Positions 9,683-21,749 are shown, counted from the stretch's first letter. The stretch is DNA of 64,000 nt from Endomicrobiales bacterium (GCA_963794945.1 CAWCFT010000011.1:1-64000), one strand, 5' to 3'. Notes: generated by a model not told the origin, from the sequence alone. Numbers and translations are program-made.

Positions 9683-11649
9683 TCACTTGGGCGCGGGTAC
9701 GGAACCGTTATAGTACACATCGCACTTGCCCCAGGTAACGAGTTCCTTTCCCTTTTTGATCAGGTTGATCGCGGGGCCGGCAAGCGCCCGGATAACTGAC
9801 GGATTTTGCGCCACAGGCTTTTTAAATGTACCTGTAAGCTTCTGAACTATTATCGCGCAGCCTTTGGAATCTACTATAGCCAGATTAACATTGTCATAAC
9901 GCTCACCCGCGAAATCTATTCTGCCGTTGAGGGCTAACCTGTATTTTTTTGTGGCCATTGCCACGTCGTCCGCAAGCGCTGTGCCGCCTTCAACTTGCCA
10001 GCTTGAGTAAAGCCTGCCTATGTTGGTTGTGCCTCCCGCGCTCTTGAGGATGTTCGCGAAACTGTAGCCTTTAGTTGCCACCAGGCCAAGCGGGCCTATG
10101 AGATAGTAAGCTCCGGCGTCGAATAGATTGAAATTCTGGCTGGACTCAACCCTCTCGAACTCTTTATCGAGGTCGCTGCCGAAAAGCTCAAGGTTACTAC
10201 CGCTTAAGGTCACAAACCCCTTGGCGCTGCGTTTTAGCTCGTCAGCGGTATCGCCCTGCAGGTACAGGTTGGCCGTAAAGTTCATCGGGCCCTTCGCTAT
10301 CGTATTCGGCAAGAACGTGCTCAAATATTTTTCGATTCGGAAATTTAAAAGGTTGAGGATCACGAAATAGCGGTGCATGCCGCCGGAAATGCTGGTTACA
10401 ACCCTCCCTGAACATTTTCCCCCGAAATACGTCAGCTTATCGCCTTTTAAAGTTATTTCGCCGTTGAGGCTGCGCACCATCTGCTCGGTAGTACCGCTCT
10501 TGAGTGAAAGTTTTGCAGTAATATCCATGGGCCCATACGGCACCCTGTATTGAACAAGCCGTTTTAGGTATTTTTCCACCCTTACCTTTGAAAGGCTGCA
10601 GTTTATAAAATAGTGGTGATCCGGCCCTGAAACCTTGTCTACTATCTGCCCGGAACCCGTGCCGCCTAAAAGCGTAAAGTTGCCACCGGTTGTGGTCGTA
10701 ATGCCATGAGAGCTGAGCATCATATCGTCCCAGTTATTGCCGCGCATGGCAAGCTTTGCAGTAAATTCGGCGGGTCCTGTAACCGCTATTTTCGGGTAAA
10801 ACATGTTCAAATATTTTTCGATACGGAAATCCGAAAGTTTGAAGTCCGCGGTGTAGGTGGCAACCGGTGTAGTCGGGTCGACTACTATACTGCCTGAACA
10901 TGTTCCGTCAAAAATGCCGAGAACCGCTGGGGCAAAGGTAAATATCCCGTTATCGCAAACGCATTTGAATTTTATGTCCGAAAAAACAAGGTCGTTCAAG
11001 GTTAAAAGCTTTGATGTTGCCCTCGCGGTAAAGGAAAAGTGTTTAAGGAATTCATTGCTCATGCCGGCAGATACACTTAAGTCGCGCGCTTCTATATTCA
11101 GGCCCTCCGCCTTAAAACCGCCGCTGGAAGCAACTTCTGAGTAGTTAAGAGTTCCGCCGGAAACGGATATCAGGTCGATGTTCAGCACCGGCAAAGAGCT
11201 TACCACAGTGCTGTATTTTGCGAAATTGAACCTGCCGTCGGGAAACCTTCTTATGTAAAATACCGGGTCACGAGCCTTATGCCACCCACGTGAAAGGTCA
11301 TTTTAGAAAGCGAAATTATCTGCGGTGTGATCTCCGCCTCTCTGGCAACGATGATGTCCTCGCCTGCGTTGCGCAGATGCGCGCCGTAAGCCCTTACGCT
11401 CAGCCGCGGGAAAAACGTTATATCCGGCCTTCCGTTTATCGTGATCTCAAGGCCCACGGCGTCCGAGGCGGCTTTCTCGAACCAGTGAGTGTAAACGCCG
11501 TTGTTGACAATAGCGCGGGCAGCAGTGGTGGCAATAATGAACAACACCGTAGCGCACACAACCATGAACAAAGTCAATTTAATTATTGTATTGATTATCT
11601 TTTTAATTATCTTTATCATTCGTGATTTTTTTGCCCTTTTAATAGCCAT
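9683..11649 (-). CDS. AsmA-like envelope protein with three 81-aa tandem repeats (frameshifted near 11250)
   Basis: N-terminal TM anchor and AsmA-like N-terminus (11251..11649), beta-rich body, AsmA-like C-terminus. Confidence 0.75.
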
Positions 11650-11920
11650 TGTTATTTGGTCTTCGGTGTATCTAGGTAATATGCCTTAATAATCTGTATG
11701 ATCAAGACCGTTGAGACTTTCTCAACACTCTAATTATACAAAATTCAGCGCAGGAACATAAACTCCGAGTTCCATTTTTTACAAGCTTATTCATTTTTTT
11801 TGAAGGATTAACTGCGATTACACGGAAGGTAATAATAAATTATTATCTAACCTGCTTATAGAAATGTCTTAATTAAATGAAACCGTTACCCCCATTACTA
11901 TATCCAATAAATACAACAAG

Positions 11921-14333
11921 TCACGCCTGACACCGTTTCGCAGCTGAGACCGTTTCCGGTTGAACTTCTGTAATTTTATCTAGAACAGTTGTCCAGTTAT
12001 ACATATCGACCACATTGCGCCGGGCCGTGTTCTGCATTAACCGGAGTTTTTCAGGGTCTTCCCCTTTTAAACGGATAATGCGCTCAACAGCGGAGCACCA
12101 TTCATTAATATCATCCGCGCGCGCAACAGCGCCGCTTTCCCCGTCCAAAATAATTTCCTGCGGCCCGCCCTGGTCCGAAACGACAGCAGGCAATCCGCAA
12201 GACTGCGCTTCCAGGACAACCATGCCGAAAGTGTCGGTGTTGCTGGGAAAGACAAAAAGATCTGCGCAGGAATAGAGCGCCGGCAGGTTAGCGTAGCTGA
12301 GCTCTCCCGTAAACATAATATGCGGGTCGCCGCCCGCGCGTTCCTTCAATGCCGTCATATGAGGGCCGTCCCCGGCAATGATCAGCGCCAGCTCCGGCTG
12401 GGCCGGCTTAAGGCGCTGATAAATATCGAAAAGAAAATTGAGGTTCTTGTCTTTTGAAACGCGCCCCACATACAGCAGCCTGAAACCGCTTTGAGGCAGC
12501 TGAATTGAAAGCGCGCGGGAAATCTCACCTCTGGGGCGAGGACTAAAAAGAGAAGTATCGATCCCTCTGCGGAATATTTTCATCCGCTGCGGGTCAATGC
12601 CGCGTTTCATCAGCAGCTGGATATATTCTTTAGTGGGAACGTGAACCTCATCCACATTGGCGTAGAACCATCCGGAGTAATTTTCCATGAGTTCACCCAG
12701 CCTTTCATCTCCGGTTATATCTTTGGTCTGCATGCCGAAATCTGTGTGATAAACTCCGATGCAGCGCGCTTTAAGCAGCTTGCCGACCAGCAGCCCGAAT
12801 AAACCTACCGGCCCCGGTGTTGATATGTACACCTCGTCAGGATCATATTCGTAGATCTGCTTAAGCGCGGACAAAAATGACGGTATCTTCAGTCGGTAAC
12901 GCTCGTAGCTGGGCAGGTTAAAACAGTATATGTGTTTCAAATTAATAAAATTGGGAGGCACTTCTCCAGTGATCTCGGACTCCAATAAAGATGAAACGAC
13001 TTTGAGATCGCGGTCCTGAGCTATACAGGCCCATCCCAGCTGTTTGAGCGTCACAGAAACGCCATTAAGGTCATTTAAGGTATCGGTGAACCACAGTATC
13101 CTCTTGTGCTGCGCCAGTTTCCCACCGCCAAGTTCGGTCTCAATCTTCGATAACAGGTCACGGCTTTTGTATAAGTGATGCAGCGTGCTGAAGAACGGGG
13201 CCGACAGAAAAAAAGCTGGAATAAATGACGATATTTTCCCGATAACGCCGACAAGATCGCCCTTCGCCAGGTCTTTTTCAACTCCCGAGACCGCTTTTGA
13301 CATCAGCGCGTCAAGTATAGCTGAAAGTTTGTCATAAACTATATCAAGCTTCTTTTCCACAAGCACATTTCCATTGACCTTGAACTCGTCAAGAAGTTCG
13401 ATTATCAGCTCTTTGATCCGGTCGGATGACCAGCGGCGGTCAAGCTTCAATTTGTTGAGCACAAGATTATCTTTAAGGCTGAGAGTATTGCGTTCGAATA
13501 TAGTCTCCGTCAGCTGGCTGATGAAAGATTTTGAAAAACCGTTGCTCCGGTTCTTTGAAAAATCGTAAAATACTTTATATATAGTAAAAGCAAGGTTTTG
13601 AAAGTTGGAATTCATGCCGCCGGCGACTGTTTCACGCGCGCGAATAGCGTCAAGCAGCTCCTGCTGGTCCGCCGCTTTGGCGACAGTAAAGGTTTTGCCG
13701 ATGAAGATGCCGCCATGGTCATCGGACCCGCCGGTAAAACCTTTTACCCAGGGCATATCGCTTGAAGGGGCTATGTTATGCTTTTTCTGCAGGCGCTCGA
13801 TCGTCTCCGGGGTGAGGCGCTTTAGGACATCGGTCCATATCTGGTTGTTCAAACGGTTCCTTCCGCCGTTAATGCTTTCGAAAACATCAAAAAGCAGCAC
13901 TAATTTTTCAAGGTGGTCAGAGGTAAGTTTGTCGTTAACCGGATAAGATGCATGCGCCAGGGAATGCGCGAGCCCGCGCTCTTTAAGGAAATCCCTCAAT
14001 ACGTAGATATCAGTGCGTATACGTTCTATGGCACAGTAATCGTCTTCGGTGAGGCCGTATACAAGGACATGCACCTTGCAGCCATCCTCCGGAAAATAAG
14101 CCGTACTTTCAACGCCTGTGATAACATCTTTGGGGTGTGCGCTTTGCAGCTCCAGCGCCCCCTGGATACGGTTATGATCGGTTATAGTGACCAGGTCCAT
14201 CCCCTGCTCTTTGGCGTTCCTGTATAAGGTTTCGGGGTCGGTGTAGGATTCCGCGGCGCTGATCCTTTTTAAAAACCAATCCGACGGGTGTTCAGAACAT
14301 CTCGAATGAACATGCAGGTTCTGCTTTTATCAT
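11921..14333 (-). CDS. PHP metallophosphoesterase fused to a GT4 glycosyltransferase
   Basis: LHVHS (N-terminus recovered across a frameshift near 14320), ITDHN, GGSDDH; C-terminal YVGRVSKDKN and DTFGMVVLEAQSCGLP. Confidence 0.85.
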
Positions 14334-14411
14334 TAATCACCTCGCTTGCCCGGGTTAATAACACATCCTGATTAATATTATATATTTCAATAGTTAAGAT
14401 AGTGTTATTTT

Positions 14412-15071
14412 TTATACGTTTAGAAATGTTCTGGGCAGGAGAGAAATGAAACTTATAACAAAATAGAGCGCTCCGCAGGCAAGCAGAAACCCGGACAAAA
14501 TATTAATACGTCGCATTAATTGTTTGGAAATAAGGTGCCTTGTTTTTCGTATAATTGCTATAAGCAGGAAAAGATAACTCATCAGCCCGAGGATGCCCGC
14601 CCCAAGAAATATCATTGTCCTGGGAAAAGATGCGCTTGGATCGATGCCGGCATCCGCAGTTATGGTGCGTGCGATCAGCCACCAGAAAAGGATCGGAAAA
14701 TTAACCGCCGAAAGAGCAAAACCCAGCGTAAAGGAACGCCTTTTACTGCCCATATAGGGCTGTTTTTCATCATTGTATTTTTGCTGAATTCCTTCCCGGA
14801 AGCTTTGCACGGCGCAAAATGCTAAAATCACAACATTCACCGCTTTGAAAACAGCCGCAACCATAGGGATCTTAAAGACAGGCACTACACCAAAAAAAGC
14901 AATTAATCCATAGGCAAGATCGGCGGTCATTGAGCCAAGCACCAGGGCAATTGCGGCTTTCGAAAAATGGTTTAATACGCGTTTGGCGATCTCGATCTGG
15001 CTGGCTCCGACAGGGATCGCTGAAATGAAACCCATCGACAGAGGAAGAAAAAAAAGAAGTATATTTTTCAT
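14412..15071 (-). CDS. LysE-family translocator
   Basis: About 6 TM helices, GF.SAIPVG N-terminus, GF.LSAVNFP..WW motif. Confidence 0.75.
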   Translation of the reverse strand: MKNILLFFLPLSMGFISAIPVGASQIEIAKRVLNHFSKAAIALVLGSMTADLAYGLIAFFGVVPVFKIPMVAAVFKAVNVVILAFCAVQSFREGIQQKYNDEKQPYMGSKRRSFTLGFALSAVNFPILFWWLIARTITADAGIDPSASFPRTMIFLGAGILGLMSYLFLLIAIIRKTRHLISKQLMRRINILSGFLLACGALYFVISFISLLPRTFLNV

Positions 15072-15158
15072 TTTATCTTTCGTTCCGGAATTACTTGCCT
15101 ATTGAGCTCATTTTACAGACTAGCGGCGCCCCCCCCCTCCGGCAGGATTCGCAAAATA

Positions 15159-15240
15159 ATGGGGTCAGGCCTTGCATTCATACATTTACAATATTAACTT
15201 ATGTCTATTGAAATTGTCGCATTGCAAGACCTGCCCCCAT
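15159..15240. repeat. Inverted-repeat element (MITE/REP-like)
   Basis: ATGGGGTCAGGCCTTGCA and TGCAAGACCTGCCCCCAT are a 16/18 inverted match around an AT-rich spacer. Confidence 0.75.
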
Positions 15241-15404
15241 CTTCTTTATTACAAATCTCAAAGATACATTTTAGTAAATAAACTACACCGCGCGCGAAGC
15301 AATATAGTTTACAGTTTAGACAACATTTCTTTCCCAACTAATGCAAATGTCATGACAATGAGATTCTATAAATTATTTTTGGATTTTTTAAGACAGCCGG
15401 ATGT

Positions 15405-17397
15405 TCATTCCAACTGGTACAGCCCCACGCCGTTATTTTCATATATCTTGCGGCTGTATTTTGCCAGCAGGCCGTTCATCAAATCCATTACATGCTGGTC
15501 ATAATAATACGGCGAAGGCGGGTATTTATTCTCATTGACTACCACGTGCGTTATGTTAAGGGTTCTTAAACGGCTCAGGAGTTCAAGAGAATTCGCGTAC
15601 TTTGAATACACAATAACGCTTTGGTTTATAGGGTCGCCCCGAACATACGGCCTGTCAAGGTAATACCCCCGTATTTCGCGAAACAGAAGTATCCCGGAAT
15701 TTCGCGGCAGGTTTTTATTGATGTAGCTGTAAACATTGTAGCAGTCCAGGCTCTTATCAAGGTAATGTTCAACGGGAGGCATGTTTGGTTTCTCCAGCGA
15801 CGGCAGGGACAACATGCCGAAAAGCTGGTTGTTGACGTTAGACGCGAGCAGGGGCGCGATGTTGACCGACAATGCCGCCAGCGACACTATCTTCAACACC
15901 CTGGAACTATGCTCTATGCTCCAACGGGCAGCAAGAAGACGCAGCGAACGGAAGGGCTGCTAAAGCATACCGCCACAATTGCGACCCGCTGAAAAACCAT
16001 ACGGTGAAATAAAATACAACGAAAGCTAAAAGGTGCAACTCAAGGGACTCAACCCGCTTTTTTACAAAAAACACTCTCAAAAGAAACACTATGATCGCGG
16101 AAATTACAAAGAAGCCCGGCTGGTACTGGTACCTCTGCTGTTTGGCAACAAGGTAATACGGCAGCTCGAGGTAATTTAAAAAATTAACTTTTATATCGTT
16201 AGACATTTTGCCTTCGATATCCATTTTCTTTGCAGCCGAGCTCGCGTCAGCGTTGTTGCCCTTGAATATATCCGACATGAACGGAAACACAGGGTTCGCC
16301 GTCCAGGTGTAGTTCCTCACATAAACTACCGAACCGAACAAAAGCAGAATTACTATCGATTGCATTATCGCAGCTTTCGGTATTTTAAACTTATCGCGCA
16401 ATGAAATGTAAATTATCGAAATAAACAGCCAAGCCAGCGTGATAAAGCCCGTCATCTTCGCCGTAAGCGCAAAACCGCCGAAAGCGGCAATGAGGTAAAG
16501 CCGCTCGCTTCTTTTGTCCGTCAAGTATTCAACAAAGCATATAACCGCCAGCAGTGAAAAAAGGCAAACAGCAAAATCGTTGTTCGCCGTTCCGCCTACA
16601 TTAAAGCAAACCGGCATTACGGCGAATAAAGCGACGCTTAATTGAGCGGCATCTTCGGAGTATTTTCTTTTTGCGAAAAGAAAAAGCGCGTAAAGCGCGA
16701 GCTCGGTGAAATATGAAAGCAATTGCGGTAGGCCTTCCATACCAAGCGACATTGCCGCGCAGGAAAGCATTTCCATTCCAATAGTGCATTGTTTCATTAG
16801 CATGGAAGGTATAGGTATCATGCCGTGATTTTCAGCGTAGAACTTTGGGATGGGAAGATGGTACGCCAGGGCGTCCCAGGAGATAGAAGGAGAAAGCGCA
16901 TGAACAAGGCTGTAAAACAGCCCGATACCCATCATTAGCAGCAGGAACGGGCTCCACTGCCTAAATTGGTTCCGCTTGAGCAGCTGAAGGACAGAAGCTA
17001 TCTTTATTTCCCTGGCCCCGGCAAATACACCGGAAGCAAGCAGCACAAACATTGAAAAAGGGTCAACGATCCCCAGCCACGCGAAAATGAAGACTATTAA
17101 ATTAAATAAACCCAAACCAAGGGATAACGCGAACAAAGCCTCGTAATATTCATCTTCACCGCTCCAGCGCAACAGCTTTAAAAGAAACTTCCCCAAACCG
17201 TAAAAACTCAGCAGGAATATTAAACCAACCGCGGGGACAAATATCAAATTATACGCAATGGCAAATATTTTTATATTTCTTATTACGTCGAATTTTAATG
17301 CATATAGAAAAAAGCCCTTATGATTGAAAATAACGGTCACAAAAACTGCCGAACAGATGAGTGTTTCAATAATTTTATTTTTATTAAATTCGCGCAT
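15405..17397 (-). CDS. GT-C (ArnT/PMT-like) membrane glycosyltransferase (frameshifted near 15930)
   Basis: WDALAYHLPIPK, RNYTWTANPVFPF, many TM helices; soluble C-terminal domain in ORF 15405..15899. Confidence 0.75.
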
Positions 17398-17476
17398 ATG
17401 GCCTGCTGGGCACTCGCGGGTAGGAGTTATTTACTAACTAGCTTTCAGGACGATGGAAAACCTATTGAAATACACC

Positions 17477-17561
17477 GTCTTTGCGAACCCGAAGGGCGAA
17501 GCAATCTCGCATTTCAAACGCAACAGCAAGATTGCCACGTCGCTTCGCTCCTCGCAAAGAC
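17477..17561. repeat. REP-like palindrome, GTC..TGCGA...TCGCA..GAC family
   Basis: gtctttgcga...gaagcaatct...agattgccac...tcgcaaagac; related copies near 21750, 44029 and 48554. Confidence 0.8.
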
Positions 17562-17587
17562 ACCCTGAAAGTTATTTTCCAATTGGT

Positions 17588-19332
17588 TCAATATTGAATA
17601 CTGTTTGGTTTAACTGCTTTACCAAGCACTATTTTAACAGTTTCATCAACAATGGCGCCTATTGATATAAGTTTGACTTCTTTTTGTCCGTCTTTGCGGG
17701 CTTTAAGTTCGACATTGTTATCTTTGAGGTTCTTCTCGCCGAGAGTTATGCGGTAGGGTATTCCTATAAGGTCGGCATCGTTGAATTTGATACCGGCGCG
17801 CTCGTTGCGGTCATCCAGTATCACCTCAATGCCGGCCTGTGTCAAGTTTATCATGTATTTCGTCGCTAACTTTTTTTGTGCGCTCGTCTTCGTAATTGAT
17901 GGGAACGATCGCGACCTGGTAAGGCGCGAGCGCGACCGGCCAGATGATGCCGTTGTCATCATTAGACTGCTCGATTGTCGCCGCGACTATCCTTGAAACG
18001 CCTATACCGTAACAGCCCATGACCATAAGGTTCTCTTTGCCTGCCTCGTCAAGGTAGGTGGCTTTCATGGCTTTGGAATATTTATAACCCAGCTTAAACG
18101 CATGGCCAACTTCTATGCCGCGGTTAAATCGAGCTCCTTGCCGCATTTCGCGCACTTGTCGCCCTTTCATTACAAACCTGAGGTCAGCGTATGTTTCGGG
18201 AACAAAATCCCGCCCGGGGTTGATACCTGGTAGCGTGATGATCATTTTTGTTGGCGCCGGTTATCCCGTTGACAATGCCTTTGACGGAATGGTCGGCTAC
18301 TAATTTTACGTTCTTGAGGCCCTGGGGCCCAGCGAAACCGAGCTGGAGCGCCCGTAACTTTTTCTATAATGTCGCAACATCAGCCAGTGCGACAATGGAA
18401 GCGCTCAAGCAAGCCTGCAGCTTGTGTTCGTTTATCTCAAAATCTCCGCGCATGAGAACGACAACAGGCTTATCGTCCGCGATATATATCATAGTCTTGA
18501 TGAATTTCCGGGTGTTCTGCTTAAGGAGCTTTGCCACGTCTTCTACGGAGCTTACACCCGGGGTGTGTATCTCTTTTATATCCTCCAAAGGCTCTGTATT
18601 AGGTTTGCTTTCCCATATTTTGAACTCGGCCTTTTCGGCGTTGGCGCCGTAGCCGCACTCGCAGGAGACTATTTCCTCTTCGCCGGTCTCTGCAAGCACC
18701 ATGAATTCGTGGGAGAACGAGCCTCCTATCGCGCCGGACGTTGCCTCAACCGGCCTGTATTTGAAACCGCACCTGTCGCATATCCTCTTGTACGCTTCGA
18801 ACACTTCGATGTAATACCTCTCGAGGTCTTTTTCGTCGGCATGGAACGAGTAGGCGTCTTTCATGAGGAATTCCCTCGCGCGCATGATGCCGAAGCGTGG
18901 CCTTATCTCGTCTCTGAACTTCGTCCCGAACTGGTAGAGCATAAGCGGCAGCTGACGGTACGAGCGAACTTCGCGCCGCACCAGGTCGGTTATGGCTTCC
19001 TCGTGCGTGGGCCCAAGACAGAACTCAGAATCCTTTCTGTCCTTGAGCCTGAAAAGTTCTTTGCCGTAAATGTTCCAGCGGCCCGTTTCCATCCATAGGT
19101 CTTTAGGCAAAAGCAGAGGCAGCCAAACCTCGTTGCCGTTTATAGCGTTCATCTCTTCACGGATTATGTTCTCAACTTTTTTGAGCACCCTCAAACCCAG
19201 AGGGAGCCACTCATATATGCCCGAGGCAAGCTTCCTTATCATGCCCGCCCTTAGCATTAGTTTAGCCGAAACATTGTCGGCGTCGGAAGGAGCTTCTCTT
19301 AAAGTGGGAATGAATGATTTTGAAAAATACAC
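17588..19332 (-). CDS. proS: Proline--tRNA ligase (several frameshifts)
   Basis: [50 protein letters not shown]. Confidence 0.97.
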
Positions 19333-19402
19333 AATTTCACCTCAAAATTTAAGTTCTATAGGTTTTGAATCCAAACTCAGCAACAGAGCGCAAAATCCGT
19401 GA

Positions 19403-19759
19403 TCAATATTCTACATTTAACCTGTCAGCTTCACGCTTTAGTTTATTGTCTAAGGTCCACAATAATACGTTATTTAACATTGCGGAAGACAAAAGATACG
19501 CGTCAATCAAACCCAAACCCGTTCCTGCTAATTTATGATTATCGATAAACAATAACAACTCATGATTATCGGCCGTGTCTACGGCTGGAAGAGATTGGAG
19601 CAATGACAATATTTCTTTTCTGTTTTTCAGATTACCGCAAGCGAGTTCACCGATGATAAACGGATGACATACGACATCTTCGCTGTTCAATAACTTTTCT
19701 AATTTTGTATTTCCATTGCGAAAATGATCTACCCACACTGAAGTGTCAACAAGGATCAT
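19403..19759 (-). CDS. vapC: PIN-domain toxin (VapC family)
   Basis: ILVDTSVWVD, IGELACG, WTLD; start overlaps the antitoxin stop. Confidence 0.9.
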   Translation of the reverse strand: MILVDTSVWVDHFRNGNTKLEKLLNSEDVVCHPFIIGELACGNLKNRKEILSLLQSLPAVDTADNHELLLFIDNHKLAGTGLGLIDAYLLSSAMLNNVLLWTLDNKLKREADRLNVEY

Positions 19760-19956
19760 TTTTTCATACCGTCCCTTTTTCTAGGTATGTCATTCAACCT
19801 TGATTCCGTGCCGCCTAAAACCGCAAGCCTTTTGCTGCTTTCTCTGGCTATTAATGCTTTTAGCCCCAGGCTAACCAAAGTAGTTTTTTTATGAACACCA
19901 ACAAGTTTTGACGCCTTCTCTAAAAGAGCACCTTCAATATTTAGCGTTGTTCTCAT
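19756..19956 (-). CDS. vapB: VapB-family antitoxin
   Basis: MRTTLNIE N-terminus, 66 aa, directly upstream of the PIN gene. Confidence 0.88.
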   Translation of the reverse strand: MRTTLNIEGALLEKASKLVGVHKKTTLVSLGLKALIARESSKRLAVLGGTESRLNDIPRKRDGMKK

Positions 19957-19968
19957 GTCTATGCCTCC

Positions 19969-20020
19969 ATATGCATATTATTATGCATATAAGTATGCAC
20001 TATTTGTACATATATGTCAA
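19969..20020 (-). promoter_or_regulatory. vapBC promoter and operator palindrome
   Basis: TTGACA-17-CATACT on the minus strand, followed by a perfect inverted repeat ATATGCATA-ttat-TATGCATAT (19969-19990). Confidence 0.7.
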
Positions 20021-20037
20021 TTAGTACTTACTGTAAC

Positions 20038-20505
20038 CTACGATATCTTCAAAACCTTAAATTCCATTTCTCCGCCCGGCAGGTTTATCTTAACCTTATC
20101 GCCTTCTTTGTGCCCGAGCAGGCCCTGCGCCATCGGAGACTGTACCGATATTTTTCTTTCCATGGCGTTCGCTTCTTCGATATCGACTATGGTATATTCG
20201 TATTCATCGCCGGACTCCACTTCCAAAAGTTTAACCGTTACGCCTATGAATATCTTGCCGGTTTCTATGTGCTGCTCCGATATCAGTTTTGACCTCGAAA
20301 GTTTGCTTTCTATCTCGGCTATCCTCTTGCCGAGCTTACCCAGAGTTTCCTTGGCGGCATGGTATTCAGCGTTCTCTTTGAGGTCGCCGTGCTCCCTCGC
20401 GCGCGCAAGCTCTTCTGTAATGATAGGCTTGCGCCTGTTGAGGTCTTCAAGCTCCTGTATCATTTTATTGCGCCCTTCTTTGGTGAGATAAATTTCGCTG
20501 GACAT
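20038..20505 (-). CDS. greA: Transcription elongation factor GreA
   Basis: AREHGDLKENAEYHAAK, IS.QSPMAQGLLG; ATG at 20505 has a GGAGG RBS. Confidence 0.97.
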   Translation of the reverse strand: MSSEIYLTKEGRNKMIQELEDLNRRKPIITEELARAREHGDLKENAEYHAAKETLGKLGKRIAEIESKLSRSKLISEQHIETGKIFIGVTVKLLEVESGDEYEYTIVDIEEANAMERKISVQSPMAQGLLGHKEGDKVKINLPGGEMEFKVLKIS

Positions 20506-20530
20506 TGTTACATCCTCCTGCACATAATTT

Positions 20531-20622
20531 AATTTCTAATATCTAATTTCTAAACCCGAAACACATCGATTTGCGGTTTGGTGTTTGGCCACTTGGCAGC
20601 CATTTCGAAATCAGAACATTAG
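20531..20622. repeat. Degenerate heptamer-repeat hairpin overlapping the ispG 3' end
   Basis: aatttct/aatatct/aatttct/aaac versus tttggtg/tttggcc...ttcgaaa/tcagaac/attag. Confidence 0.6.
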
Positions 20623-21703
20623 CGATTGTTCGTTTATTTATCATTTTGATAAGCGTATCCACCCACTGGCCCGGTTTTACTTCCCCTATAACCTTGCCGT
20701 TCTCAAAAAGCATACCGGTCTTTTTTCCGCCGGCGATACCTATATCAGCACCCTTGGCTTCGCCCGGGCCGTTGACTACGCAGCCCATGACGGCGACCTT
20801 AAGCGGCTCTTTCTTATATTGGGAAGTAATGTTATGCAGCTTAGACAGTTTGAGCTCAAGCTCTTCAACTATTTTTATAAGGTCAACCTCGCACCTTGAG
20901 CACGTTGGGCACGAGATGAGCTCGATGCCCGTAGAGCGAAGTTCCAGCGACTGCAGTATCTGGTACGCGGTTTTGACCTCTTCAACCGGATCGGCAGTAA
21001 GCGAAACCCTGACAGTATCTCCGAGCCCGTCGTTAAGCAGTATTCCAAGCCCGACAGATGATTTGATAGTCCCGCGGAAAAGAGAACCGGCCTCTGTTAT
21101 GCCGAGGTGCAGCGGATAGTTCTTCTTAGCGGCAAGCAGCCTGTACGCCTCTACTGTTGTCAGGACGTCCGAAGCTTTGAGGGAGACCGCTATATCAAAG
21201 AAATCGTTATCTTCAAGAATCCTTATATGTTCCAGAGCGGAGGCGACAAGCTTTTTAGCCTTGCCGGCCGGAGTATTTTCGCCGTGGGCGCTTTTAAGCG
21301 AGCCTGCATTCACGCCGACCCTTATCGGTATGCCTGCGCTTTTCGCGGCATCGACAACTTTCCTTACATTCATTGCGGACCCGATGTTTCCCGGGTTAAT
21401 GCGCAATTTGTCGACGCCCTGCTTTACAGCCTCAACAGCTATCCTCCAGTCGAAATGCACATCCGCGACAAGAGGTATGCTGATGGCCTTTTTTATCTTT
21501 GAAAGGTTCTTCGCCGCGTCGAGGTCCGGCACAGCGACCCTTATTATCTCGCAGCCGGACTCTTCGAGTTTTTTTATCTGCCTTACAGTAGCGTTGACGT
21601 CATGCGTGTCGGTGCAAGTCATCGACTGCACTGCAATGGGACTCCCCCCGCCTATATCCACACCGCCTATATTTATCTTACGAGTCTTATTTCTCTTGAA
21701 CAT
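20543..21703 (-). CDS. ispG: HMBPP synthase
   Basis: VQSMT, RINPGNIG, HLGITEAG, SCPTCSRC, MGCVVNGPGE. Confidence 0.97.
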   Translation of the reverse strand: MFKRNKTRKINIGGVDIGGGSPIAVQSMTCTDTHDVNATVRQIKKLEESGCEIIRVAVPDLDAAKNLSKIKKAISIPLVADVHFDWRIAVEAVKQGVDKLRINPGNIGSAMNVRKVVDAAKSAGIPIRVGVNAGSLKSAHGENTPAGKAKKLVASALEHIRILEDNDFFDIAVSLKASDVLTTVEAYRLLAAKKNYPLHLGITEAGSLFRGTIKSSVGLGILLNDGLGDTVRVSLTADPVEEVKTAYQILQSLELRSTGIELISCPTCSRCEVDLIKIVEELELKLSKLHNITSQYKKEPLKVAVMGCVVNGPGEAKGADIGIAGGKKTGMLFENGKVIGEVKPGQWVDTLIKMINKRTIANVLISKWLPSGQTPNRKSMCFGFRN

Positions 21704-21749
21704 TCTAATTCCAGTCCCTTATAGCGTGCAATTCGAAATCCTACACAAA

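Noticed and set aside
17588..19332. Programmed frameshifting or true pseudogenisation of proS and other split genes
   Set aside because: Breaks are numerous, scattered, lack a shared slippery motif and hit essential genes; sequence error is simpler.
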